Shown one piece after another: positions 1 to 54,440 of a DNA stretch of 64,000 bases. How positions within the stretch are numbered: position 1 is the first letter of the stretch; every line of letters starts with the position of its first letter. The position numbers and the translations under genes are program-made. Source of the stretch: Podarcis filfolensis (taxonomy: Eukaryota); assembly GCA_964270895.1 (NCBI GenBank), contig OZ185444.1, one strand, 5' to 3'. The notes below the pieces were generated by a model, which worked only from the letters and a program-made list of their open reading frames with translations, made no database searches and was not told the DNA's origin.

Positions 1-569
1 GCAACAATTGCCAGTGGTGGTAGACATAAGAGAAATCATAGAATCTATTGGCTCAGGTGTAGAGTTGGTATGTTTTAATTAATTAGCAGCATGCTATATT
101 TGCAATAAAAATAAATAAAAGCTAAAGAGGAGTCTAGTTTTGCTTTAAAATTCTGGCCATCTCACCCCCCACCCCCACCCCGTATGACAGGTAGGAATGC
201 AAAAGCAGTAGTAGTGTAAGACAATGTTAAGTGTCTCAGTAATTACAAAATAGTGAACAATATGTCATTACAATGGCAGGCTTTGTGGGTTAGGTCATTG
301 AAAAGGGACAGTGGTGCCTTACCATCACCCCCTCCTACTGTTCTTTAATAGCTTCCTAGGTTAACAAGAGTATACCCACTGAAATCAATCGACTTAAGAC
401 AATTTATTTCAATGGGTTATTCTTCGGTATGACTTAGGACACAACCCTGCCATTCCAGTTGCATAACCTCACAAATACACACATGGCAAGCAGGAGTGGG
501 GGTTTTTTATACTGAAGATGTAATGCTTGTGAAACTACTTTGAGATTTGGTTCATCATCTGGAAATAGT

Positions 570-1272
570 GAATCATAGAATCATAGAGTTGGAAGAGACC
601 ACAAGGACCATCGAGTCCAACCCCCTGCCAAGCAGGAAACACCATCAGAGCACTCCTGACATATGGTTGTCAAGCCTCTGCTTAAAGACCTCCAAAGAAG
701 GAGACTCCACCACACTCCTTGGCAGCAAATTCCACTGTCGAACAGCTCTTACTGTCAGGAAGTTCTTCCTAATGTTTAGGTGGAATCTTCTTTCTTGTAG
801 TTTGGATCCATTGCTCTGTGTCCGCTTCTCTGGAGCAGCAGAAAACAACCTTTCTCCCTCCTCTATGTGACATCCTTTTATATATTTGAACATGGCTATC
901 ATATCACCCCTTAACCTCCTCTTCTCCAGGCTAAACATGCCCAGCTCCCTTAGCCGTTCCTCATAAGGCATCGCCTCCAGGCCTTTGATCATTTTGGTTG
1001 CCTCCTCTGGACACGTTCCAGTTTGTCAGTGTCCCTCTTGAACTGTGGTGCCAAGAACTGGACACAGTACTCCAGGTGAGGTCTGACCAGAGCAGAATAC
1101 AGTGGCACTATTACTTCCCTTGATCTAGATGCTATACTCCTATTGATGCAGCCCAGAATTGCATTGGCTTTTTTAGCTGCTGCGTCACACTGTTGGCTCA
1201 TGTCAAGTTTGTGGTCAACCAAGACTCCTAGATCCTTTTCACATGTACTGCTCTCAAGCCAGGTGTCACCCA
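570..1272 (-). mobile_element. CR1 LINE, 5'-truncated 3' end
   Basis: ORFs 989..1222 and 645..992 give the CR1 ORF2 C-terminus ([32 protein letters not shown]) with one frameshift; (ATTCTATG)-type tail at 570-590. Confidence 0.93.
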
Positions 1273-2682
1273 GTGAGAATGTAGGACAAGGGTTGACTAA
1301 ACCCCAAAGCCGAATCTGGCCTCACCAGGCAATGTTTCTACCCCCTCAAACCCCACCAATTTTGGTGGCAAGAGTAGATGGCAGTTGGGTAGACGAAGAC
1401 CAGAACCCTAATAAGGCTGTAGATCTCCCTTCCAATCATTGGATTCATTGATGGAGAAACAATCAGTATGAGTCATTTCAGTAGGGATTCCGAGTGCCTT
1501 TGTGTGTGTGCACATGCATACAAGTTTATGGGATGGCCACACCTACGGCTGATATGTAATCCTCCTTCCCTGAAGGTTGGGCCAGGGTGAATACAGGCCA
1601 CAGGCCAAAAAGGTTAGCCAACCATGCTGTAGGAAATCCTTGATTGCTCATTGTCTTCCAAGGACCTTCCATCATCTTGTGCAATGCCTAGATGAGGCCA
1701 CTTAGTTCAGAGCTTGCAGAGAAAGTGGCTATGATAGCAGCTTCATTGTTAATCAATTATTTGTGAAGGCCAGGAGGCAAAGCAAGGCCCTCACCAGTGC
1801 TTTTGAACAAGGAATGCCAATACTTACCGAACCTAACTTGCCCCGTACGAATCAAGAAGTTAATTTCTCTTCTGCTCCTGAATAACTTTGCTCTACATTT
1901 TTACCATGTTTCCCAGCTTGATATCACCTGCAAATTTCAAACAAAAATACTCCCAGCTGTCCTTCCAACTAGCTAATGACTGAAAATATAGAACAATTTG
2001 GTTGCCCAAGACCATGGACTCATCATCAGACTTCCACTTCTCCCACCGCTTTCCCATGAGGAAATCTGATTTTTACAGCCGAATCGAAACCATCATCGAT
2101 GGGGTTTTAGAGAGGATTGACGTTTGCACCGATTCAGCACTAAAGAGTGGACTTTCTTGGAGAAAATGGATCCATGTCTAGAAGGCAAAGAACAAGTGGG
2201 GAACTTTCTAGGCATGGGACAAGCAGAAGTGTGGACGAGCCCTGTGCAAAGTCACTCCACTGCTTGTCAAACTGAAAGCCTACACCACCTTTCCTCTTGC
2301 CCCCAACTCCATTAGTGCTATGCCTTACTACAAATTAAGGTGCCAGCAGGAGCCAGATAGATTATCCTAGGAGTTCAGAAACAGGGCATTATGGCTATGA
2401 CCTTCTGCACCCTTTGTGCATCCATATTGAGAAGCCAAACCACCTTCACAGTTTTAATTTCACTCCTGAAATACACTTTTGAGTTCGGTCAGACTCTGCG
2501 TGAATGTATTGGGCTGTAAACTTCACAGGAAATACATCAACTGTATTAAAAGCCAAACATTTTAAATAATCCATCTACATTTTGTTCAGCATACCAGTTG
2601 CCCTCTTAAAAAGTATTTAAGTATAGCCTTACTTTTAGCAAACAAACTTGGTCCCTATTTGCTGCTTTCTTTACCACCTTTA

Positions 2683-3673
2683 GTAAAAGCTATGGTTTTC
2701 CCAGTAGTGATGTATGGAAGTGAGAGCTGGACGATAAAGGCTGATCGCCGAAGAATTGATGCCTTTGAATTATGGTGCTGGAGGAGACTCTTGAGAGTCC
2801 CGTGGACTGCAAGAAGATCAAACGCATCCATTCTTAAGGAAATCAGCCCTGAGTGCTCACTGGAAGGACAGATCCTGAAGCTGAGGCTCCAATACTTTGG
2901 CCACCTCATGAGAAGACTCCCTGGAAAAGACCCTGATGTTGGGAAAGATGGAGGGCACAAGGAGAAGGGGACAGAGGATGAGATGGTTGGATAGTGTTCT
3001 CAAAGCTACAAACATGAGTCTGACCAAACTGCGGGAGGCAGTGGGATATAAGGACACCAGGTTAATGCGCTAGATAAATGGGACAAAAAGGACTGACAAA
3101 ATCCGGAACCAGGAGGAAGGGACGCTGGATGATGATTGGATTGTTTTACTTGTTTTTCTTTTATCATTAGGACTGCTTTAAAATAATTGATGAATGCTAG
3201 AAAAATGTTGAAGGGGAACTACTTGGTTCTAGTAAAAATGTTTAAAGAATTAGGTTAATGGTATAGTTATGAGAAGTCGGTAAAAATAAGATTTAAGTTC
3301 TAAGTTTTAAGGTTTGCTATAAGACAAGATGAAAATAAATCAAGATAATGTAAGGACAAAATATTATGAACTATGGATAGGATTTGCTGTGATAATTATT
3401 AACCAGGATACAAGAAAGGGGAGGAGGAGGAGGTCAAAGAAAGAAGGTAATGAAAGTTAAAAACTTGAGAATGATGGGTGTATTTTTTCTTTCCATTTTT
3501 GTTTTGTCTTTTTTCTATTTTTTCTTTTTTATAATTTTAAAAAATCTTTAATAAATATTATTTTAAAAAACAAACAAACAAACTGCGGGAGGCAGTGGAA
3601 GACAGGAGTGCCTGGTGTTCTCTGGTCCATGGGGTCACGAAGAGTCGGACACGACTAAAAGACTAAACAACAA
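2683..3673 (+). mobile_element. BovB (RTE) LINE 3' fragment interrupted by an L1 fragment
   Basis: ORF 2659..2994 (YGSESWTIK, DAFELWCWRRLL); (CAA)n tail; 12-bp TSD ttaccaccttta at 2671-2682 and 3674-3685. Confidence 0.9.
3045..3578 (+). mobile_element. L1-like 3' fragment nested in the BovB
   Basis: 20-bp TSD caaactgcgggaggcagtgg at 3025-3044 and 3579-3598; AT-rich 3' UTR ending AATAAA plus A-rich tail; residual KIRNQEE...DW peptide. Confidence 0.75.
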
Positions 3674-3729
3674 TTACCACCTTTAAACTACTCTCTTTTG
3701 TTATTAAACTATGCAGCATAGGAAAATCT

Positions 3730-6700
3730 GTACCCTTCCTAGGAATTGCTTTATTCATTGGAGCCCAGCTGCAATATTAGTAGCTTTAAAAGCTGTCCTC
3801 CTCAGCTCAGCTTCATCTCCAAAGTTGGAAATGACTCATTGCTTTACATTTCTAATCCAATGGCTGGTTCTCTTCACCCCTTATCCTCACTTTGATCTTT
3901 CCTGACTTCACCATTTTCAGTCTCTATATAGCATTACCTCCCCCCTTGGCAGTTAAGCATGCTACAGATCTCCTTGCACCTGATGAGTGTTAAAAGTCTC
4001 TAGAAAATAAGAATTTTGATTTTTGCGTGGGAATGAGCCAGTTGTACATGTGGCAAAAAACTGAGCAGAATGAGGCTCAATTCAAATTTAACTATGGCAC
4101 GTAAGATTTCTTACCCAAGTATACGGATAAAACATAAAAGCTTCAAAAATAATATTCTGAAGCCCACAAATCCCAATTAGCTTAGGTGTTTCTTGCTCTT
4201 CCCCAATCCCTGCCCCACAGAAAACATTTGGAGCATGAACCATATTACAAAAGGTGCAATATTCAAGTGTTTGAACAGGTGTAGCGTACAGGCCATGGTG
4301 AAAAATGGGCTGTGCTTATTGAACATCTAACCATTTGACATTAGACTACCTACAAGTTGAACATGTAGATTTTCATCCCCTTCTTCGCATCCAAAAGGAA
4401 AAGTTGTCGTTTTTTTCACCACGAGGAAATTCTGAGAACTCTGCAACAATCACAGTCCAATGCAGGAAATCATACACACTACTAAAGGGAGGCAGAAACC
4501 CTGACAGAATGATTTGTAAGCTATTTCTAAATAACATATACATGTCCTGCTCACAAGCTGAGAAATATTTCCGTGGTCAGACTTTTTAAATGAGAGAGCA
4601 CTTTTCTCAAACGGCTGAAGGAGTCTGCCCCACACCACACCCCTTCTATTGTTGGTATCATATTGCCCAGCAGGTATGTCTTGGTAGATCATCCATAGCA
4701 GTGACCAGAGGAGGAATGATCACTGGGAGGAGTGCAGAGAAGAAGCGCCATGGTGCATCTGCAGTGGCACAACAGAATGCCTTCATCTGCCCCAGGTGAA
4801 ACAAAACATGTCTTTCCCATATCTGTTTCTACAGCCACAGCAGGCGCTGTAACCTTCCAACAGTTTGACTTCATCCCCAAAGGGGTGCTCCTCCATTGTC
4901 TCCTGAGACAGATGCCAACCAATGGGTAAGTCATCAACATTTGTAGCAATCACTGCCCCTTCTAGAGCTCAAGGGATGGGTTTTCTGATGCAGGACTGAG
5001 CTTTGGGGCGTTCTGAAAGAACCTGCCCCAGGCCAGAACGAGTGGAGGGAGGGGATGGTCTCTGAACATGCTCTCAAAGACTTCACAGCTTTCAGAATCA
5101 GTACGACTGTAGGAACTTCCATTGAATTTGCTCTGAACTTCAGAGGCACGTGAAAGCAGAAAGATCATTTTCAGGTAAGAGATTACCCTGCCTCATTTGC
5201 CAAGAGACAATATATATTAACATGTTTCTTTCCCATTTTCAGATGAGGGTCAGTGATAGTCAAGACCTCCTACCCTTAGAGTAACTTAAGTTGGACTCAT
5301 TAAATATAATAAAGCATTCACACCACTTTCCCTGAACATCTAGGGGAATTGCTGTACACTCTTACCCTCTTGTAAAGGAGGCTAGTATTACCCTACTACT
5401 TTGAGGAGAGACAGAAGCACACGCCAACAACAAACATTTGGCAGCCTAAGGTCAGAACAGAGAAGTCCTGGCTTAGTGAAGATCTTTGAAGATGGACAGA
5501 TCATACGTCATACTCATAAATGCAATGGGCTTTGGAATTAAAGTGAGAACACAAAGGCAATGTTAACTGAATAAACTGATGCATTTGGTCTGGCAGGGTG
5601 GGTCAACTAGGGTGGTGAATTCAAGGTAGGAAGGTTCCTAGGCTACTAGTCAGGATGGCTATATGGAGCCTCTACACTGAGAGGCTGTATGTTACTAAAT
5701 GCTGCGAAGTAACAGAAGGTTATTGCCTTCACACTCTTGCTCATGGATTTTCCAGAGGTGTCCAGTTGGCTGCTGAATGAAACAAGGATGGTAGGCTGGA
5801 TAAAACTTTGGTCTGACTCAACAGGCCTATTATAGGAACCTGAAAAATTGAAACCAGTGCCAAAAAAGGGTACAAACAGTCCAGATTGGAAAGCAGGCTT
5901 AAAATAGGCTATAAAACCAGGCCGATGCCTAATGAATGCAGAAATACTGCAAATCTATACACATTATGCACATTCAGTAACAAAAGAGGGGACTAAAATG
6001 TCTGTTTCACATTAATGATTTCTTGGCCTGGGAAGACTCCAGAAAGTGCGAGGACAAACACCTCCTCAACTAACCCTATAAAGTCACGTTGCTTTAAATG
6101 TTCTTTGACAGTTTAATATCACAACTTTTCTGCTACCACTTTCTGTTCAGAAGTCTGTGGTAATCGAGTTGACTAGGTCTGACTTTCATACTGTAGCTCT
6201 GGCTGGTATTTGAGGCTGACCAAGTGAGAAACTTTGTTGTTCCAGGGATCAATAATCTGCTTTAGTTGCAAATCACTACACTTTCTTACCTTGCGGCCAC
6301 ACAATTGAGAGGACACTTTGCTTCCGAAATCTGAAACTGCAATCCAGAAAGCTATATAAATGAATGGGTGAGACCAAGGAAACCCAGCCAGAGATTTCTT
6401 TGAAATGTCAACTATGATTGCATGAGCTTTTGAAGAGGAAAGATGTTTTTCAATTCAATTTTACAGTGGAAGCAGAAGTGGGTTGCCTGCCTCTTCAACA
6501 TGTAGTGAAAACTTGAGAAACTTGTCAGCATTTTCCACTTCTTCACAAAGGAGTTAGAGGGTCAAGTTGAAATGCAGCTCAGGAGAACACTTGTGGGTCC
6601 TGTAAACAGCTTTATAAAAACACTAGACCCACCCCTTGACTTAATGAGAGTCCCCACCCCGATATTATAGGAGGTGCATTATTTGCAGACGGAAGCCAGC

Positions 6701-8340
6701 GATGTGCTTCAGGACAAAGATGCTTGATCAACGACATCTCCAAGTACCGGATACAACAGAAGGGACACAAAACAGTCAAGGCAGAACACTACAAGATTTT
6801 TATCTTTTAGAAAATCCCAACCCCTGCATCTAGTAAGACTGGACACTATAGTTACAACACTCCTAGAACTGTAGAAGAATGGAAACACAATAGATAATGG
6901 GAACGGGGGGGGGGAGAGAGACACCACCATGGCCAGTTTCAGCCACTCACAGAAAAGCCAGCAAGGATCAAGATGCCCTGCTAACAGAACAAACTCCAAC
7001 ATGAAGGTAGCACATGAAATGTTTTGTTTTTACCTATTTAAAACACAGGCAGCAGGTGGAGCAAGGATGTGGGGAGTAACTGCTAATTTCCTTGTACTAC
7101 AAGGAAGGAATGAAGTTAAAAACCCAAGCCTGCAGGCAGGTTTTTTCGTGTGTGTGTGTGAGCCTCTCTCTTTTTTCTGTGCTGCTGGTAACCGTGGTAA
7201 GTATAAAAACCAAAGAAAAATAATCTTTCTCTTTTTTTGTAGAACAAGTCAGTAGTCCGAGACATAGAAAAAAGTAAAAACCAGTCCTTTTTTAAAAATT
7301 GGTTTACTAAAACAATTGCCACCTGCTCCCCAAGTCGCCTCTCTTCCAGGAAAGCGGGGGCGGGGGGGGGGGAGAGAGAGATTGAGCCAGATTTGTAGCC
7401 AAGTGTAGGCCTTTAATCCATAGAAACCTAACGGCGAGGAAGCAGGGCTGCAATCTGTAGACTGCATTTTTGGAAGTGTGATGCTGGGAACACTTGTGAG
7501 CTGACGTTTTTCACAGAAGCATGTCAGTGTGGAATCGTGAGGAAGCTGGACTACTCTCGGCCCCCGTCTCCAACCCCATGCACTCGTGATACCTACCATA
7601 CCAGCTGCACCTTGCTTCAGACAACTTAGTGGCAGGGTGTCAAGCAAAGCCCGAGACAAGGGGAAATGGCCACCAGTGCAGAGAGGAGTGCTTTGCCAGG
7701 GAAACATACCCTCAGCTACATGTTAATTTATATGGTGAGCTTTCCCCAACGAGGGGAGGGACCACCAAAGGAAGGAGGGCAAACACAAAATCAACGTCTG
7801 TTTCCAAGACCTATAGTTCCTTTGCCTTCTAACAACAAAACCAGGAGCTAATTTGTTTTTGTTTTTTTCCACCCACCCATCTCCCCCTGTGTGGTGCTCG
7901 ACGCAAGTTCCTTGTCCACATAACATGGCCTAGGCACCTCTGCCCAATCAGCCCACCACTCCAGAGGCAAATCCTGTGGGCTGCAGGATTCTCAACAATG
8001 ACCCCCATTTGAACTGTTGAGGCAAAGCAGCTTAATCCGTGGGCCTCATATCTGCTCAGCCTGAAGGTGGTACCTATGCTTAGCCTCTTTTTTTTCTTAA
8101 AGGAAACATGGGAGTAAATACACTGGCTGGGACTTCCAACAGGGTGGTATCTGCATAGCTGGGTCAGTACCCCTGTGCCCATGACATCCCTTTTGCGTAA
8201 AGGAAGCCAGCTATACGGGGCCAGCTCCGCTATAGGGCCGTACGTCCGCAGAAGTGGAGCATTTCCAAGTGGCTACATTAGCTTCACGCCGCCATCTTAG
8301 TGTTCCATTTCCCTTACGTCCCAGTAAGACCAAGCGGCTG
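3730..8340 (-). other. KDM5A: Probable long KDM5A 3' UTR; distal end uncertain
   Basis: Sequence directly after the stop with no obvious repeats. Candidate minus-strand signals are ATTAAA at 7412-7417 and 6112-6117 and AATAAA at 3750-3755. Confidence 0.45.
4621..5335 (+). other. Candidate 3' part of an unannotated spliced plus-strand transcript
   Basis: Three GT-AG introns (4674-4834, 4926-4993, 5175-5242), phase-compatible frame, AATAAA at 5308-5313; no recognised homology. Confidence 0.3.
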
Positions 8341-50279
<41,939 letters not shown>

Positions 50280-50433
50280 GGCGGCGGCGGAGCCGTCGAC
50301 GGTGATGATGCCGCCGCCTCCGGGCCGGGGAGGGAAGGGGCTTAGCTGCGGCGGCAGAGGAGGAGGAGGCAGGCGGGGAAGCAGTGAGGGAGGGAGGGCG
50401 AAGGGGGGAAAGGCGAAGGGGAGGCAAAGAAGC

Positions 50434-50475
50434 TCAAAGAGGGGCCGGGGGGCGGAGGGACATCCCGGTGCCCAT
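50434..50475 (-). other. Candidate uORF in the KDM5A 5' leader, [13 protein letters not shown]
   Basis: Two in-frame ATGs (50475 and 50463) and TGA at 50436-50434; valid only if the TSS is upstream of 50475. Confidence 0.45.
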
Positions 50476-53400
50476 CGAGGAGGGGGGGCGCTGCTGCCCG
50501 CGAGCCCTGAGGCCCTCAGAAACAGGCGCCGGAGTCTCGCGGAGCCCGCGGCTGACGAGGCCTCTCGTTTGTTTTTGTTTCCCCCTTCGGGGGTTTGTTG
50601 TTTTTTCTTCTTCTTTCCTTTTCCTCCCCTTCTTGAGGCTCGCCGGAAGTGACGCGTCTGTTAAAAACCCTTTCTTGCGGAAGCGAGCCGTGTGAGAATA
50701 TCCCTCCGCGAAGTAGTTTATGTTCAAAAGAATTAGTACCGGCCTTCTCTACCTCGGGGCTTGAGCCGCTCCTCTCTTCGCGCGAAGCACCGGCTCGTAT
50801 ACGCGCCAAGTTCGCGAGTCGCCTCCTTTTGCTCCTGCAACGGGTCTAAACAGTAGGAGCAAGTTAGGCCGAGGCCCTTTTTTTCGGTTCGCGGAGGAAT
50901 GTGCAGTGCGTTTTGTGTGATGAGGTTCACTTCGGCTAGAGAACTTCCGGTGCCGACTGTCCATGTACCCCATTCTCTCCGTGTGCGAACAGATTCTGCC
51001 CCGCCCCCCTCCGTGGAATCTTCGCAGAGCCCCGCCCGCCTCTACGATCCTTAATGCGCTCCTTTCTCTCACCTCACCCCCCCCCCGCATCCACGGGCGG
51101 AAGCCGCCTCAGCTGCAGCGTCTCTCTTGACGTTTCGCTCCCCCACCCCGCGTTCGAAACGGCCCACCTGGACTCCACCCACTTACAGTTCCCACAGCAG
51201 CTGTCACTCTCAACATCTACCTTTCCTGCCCCGCCCTAACGGACGCCGCCGTCCGTTCTCGGTCGCCAGAGCAACCGTCCCTCCCCCCGAAGCGCCGCAG
51301 TTCCCTGACCCCCTCGGAGTCCCTCAGAGAACAATCCTTTGGGGGGCCTGGCTGGCTGCCTGAGGCGGTTTTAGCCATAGTGATTAATTAAAACGACTTT
51401 CCCGTAAATAAACTTGCCAGCTAACCAGAAAAAAAGAAAACAAAAACCACGAGTTCAGTGTTTTAAAATCGTTTACCTGCCACTTTTCCTCCTGCTGGCT
51501 GCAGTTTGAAATATTTTTTTTAAAAACCTAGCCCTGCCTCTTGCTGCCTTGCACCAGCTGATAAAATATATTTTTATTCCAGTAGGCAACAATTTTTAAA
51601 ATTCCTTTTTTAAAAAAAACCTGCAAAGGTCATTTTTAAAATCATTGTTGCTTTTAAATGTATTTTTGATGTGTGTTTTTTAGGAGCATTCTGATTTTAA
51701 ATTCATGCAAGCCACCCTGAGGGATGTGCAATCACTAGAAGAGCAGGATAGATATAAATTAAAACAGGTTTCCCTGCCTGTAGACATTTTAATCCTTGCA
51801 GCAATCTTTGCGAGGGCAGGATAGGCTAGGCGGAGAAACAGCAGCCTACTTTGCAGGGTGTGAGGTTGCAGCACCCATGTTTGCTCAGAGAGATTCTGAG
51901 TATAGAGATTTTAATCTGGATGCTGTACATCCACTGGCTCTGTACACATCATGCCTTTCTCCCAAAAAAAGATTGCTGGGAAGGTGCTGAGAATTGTAGG
52001 TCATTGAGTGGTAAACTACAGTTCCCAGGATTCTTATAGGGGTGTGTGTTTTGACCGCCATACTGCTCCAACTCCTTTTATTTCATGTTGGTGTGCAGAA
52101 CTTCAGCCAGTGACTTTTTCATAACATACATAACTGCATTATCCTCTTAAGGTCTTCTATTAATGGAACAATATCAGAGACTGGTTAAAAAAAATAACAA
52201 CAAACCAATAGGGGGGAAATGGAGGTACTTTGTAATCTGTAGAGAATTGGGGCTCACCCCTCACAAACAAAGGGAAAAATTGGGTTATTTGAAATTTAGA
52301 CTCCATAATACAATACCATCCCTCAGCATCATCCCACAGCTTTTAGCTTAATTAATTATAATTGTAATCAGATTTTTTAAAAATATCTGTTTTTTACTTT
52401 GTTACAATGATAATGTTTTGGTTTGGTTTTGTGTGGGGTTGTTTTGTTTTTGGGTTTACCTCTAAGAGCTTCTGTTTACAATCAAGTGGAACATCCTTGC
52501 TTCTGGTCACTCACTGCCTTCCGAAACCTGGAAGCTAGAAGTGTTGAATAATAGGTAGATAACCTTATTTCAGGTTATTTCATATGGAATAAACTAGGTA
52601 CCCCTAGTTTTGTCATTAATCACCAACATCAACAAACTGTTGTAAACATGTATCGAAAGAAGAGAAAACAAACCACCTACGGTATATGCGTATGATTGTT
52701 CAGTCTCTTCTATTGTGTGGACAAAAGGGTTACTAATCTGCTTTTTCCAGGCAGCTCCACAACAAAAGTGGAGCAGAAGGGGGCGGGGACTGCTGTGATT
52801 CTGCTTTTGTCAAGGTCCTGAGCAAGAATTGGGAAGCGTATTTTCCATTCAATTTCATTATTTTATTTTAAGGATTTATAAAACGTCCTTCAAATATGTT
52901 TCTGGGGGACTTTCAAAAAACATAATAGCATCACAATAGAAATAACAGCAATTCATAAAGCAACAATTAGGACAACTAAACAAACACAGTATAAACCAAT
53001 TGGGGAAATCCTGAGAAAATAAAAAGGTTGTTGTGTAATATAATATGGAAAGGTTGCCCTGTCTCACATTTATTCATTTTCATTTACCGGTAATCTAAAT
53101 TAATAACAAATGAATACCACCCCCTGATTCTATGCTGACAGTTGCTAATAATGTTTAGGATTGCGTTCTGCCTTGATTATGTACTGCAATAAATTCACAA
53201 TTTATACCATTATGTAACCCAGTGTTTACAGGAAGTTGGTTTGACGTGCTATGGCAAACTCTTGTCCACGATCCACCTCACTGACTATTTGCCAGGTGGC
53301 AGGTGCTTGATGAGCCCCCTGTTTACTTTTTTACAGTCCCAGAAGGGCAAGAAAACCAAGAAATCAAGCCCTTCATGCGTCGTTATACATAGCTAGTAAG

Positions 53401-54176
53401 CTGAGCTTGATTTGGTTCATGTTTAGGCCAGAGCAAACTAATGTGTTCATTGCTTTTAAAAATATACTATACTTACTTAACTTGATTCATACCCATCCTT
53501 CAGCTGATTCCCTTTCAACAGCCATATAACACCCATAAATCGTGCAGCTGACGGTTTCTCCAACATGCAAATTCAGTGCTAGGAAAAGCTTAGATTCCGC
53601 CCTGCGTCCTATAAATTAATGCCACTGACTTATTGGATCAGTAATTGATTTCCAACACTATTCAGGATTATTCTGGGCACTTACAAACATGTTTGTTCTG
53701 TTTGTGTATAGTATCTGGTATTCAAGATATATATTGCTTCTGAACATGGAGGTTTGATTATTTGTTAATTGTACCATATATCACATCTTTCTTCCACGGA
53801 CCCCAAGGCAATATTTCTAAAGCTTCCAGGCAGTCTCCTATTTGGGCACTGACCAATATCCATTTCTGCTTAGGGTTCAACACATCATGAATTTGTCTAA
53901 TGCTATCTGCTGAACACCTGCTGACTTCTTGCTTGCCACACAGCTTTGTGACTGTACAACTAAACTAGTTCAAGGTTCTTGTCTTAGTTTACAAAGCCCT
54001 TACCCCCTTGCACCCAGGATATCTTAAACACCACCTTTATATCCAGCCCAATTACTAAGATCGTTGGGGGAGTCTCTGTTGGTTGTCCCCCATGGCTCAG
54101 ATGCATAGCTCATCATAACTACTAAAAGTGGTATGCAAATGTCTGAAAAAAATAATGAATTGTTCACCTAAGAATA

Positions 54177-54402
54177 CAGTGGTACCTCGGGTTACAGACG
54201 CTTCAGGTTACAGACTCCGCTAACCCAGAAATAGTACCTCGGGTTAAGAACTTTGCTTCAGGATGAGAACAGAAATTGCGCGGCGGCAACACAGCGGCAG
54301 TGGGAGGCCCCATTAGATAAAGTGGTACCTCAGGTTAAGAACAGTTTCAGGTTAAGAACGGACCTCCAGAACGAATTAAATACCTAACCCTAGGTACCAC
54401 TG
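54177..54402 (-). mobile_element. Tc1/mariner MITE, copy C (opposite orientation)
   Basis: Same TIRs, TA flanks, internal sequence reversed. Confidence 0.92.
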
Positions 54403-54440
54403 TATTTTCAGAATGCAACCGGTTTGGTACCTAACAATGT

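Noticed and set aside
547-1451. ORFs of 77-115 aa at the left end as genes
   Set aside because: They are the frameshifted CR1 ORF2 C-terminus and its antisense shadows.
2078-2140. Small CpG-containing hairpin (gaatcg...cgattc)
   Set aside because: Short imperfect stem with no ncRNA family features.
5960-6610. Seed matches in the putative 3' UTR (miR-23-type 8mer 6006-6013, miR-30-type 8mer 6601-6608)
   Set aside because: Expected by chance in several kb, and conservation cannot be tested here.
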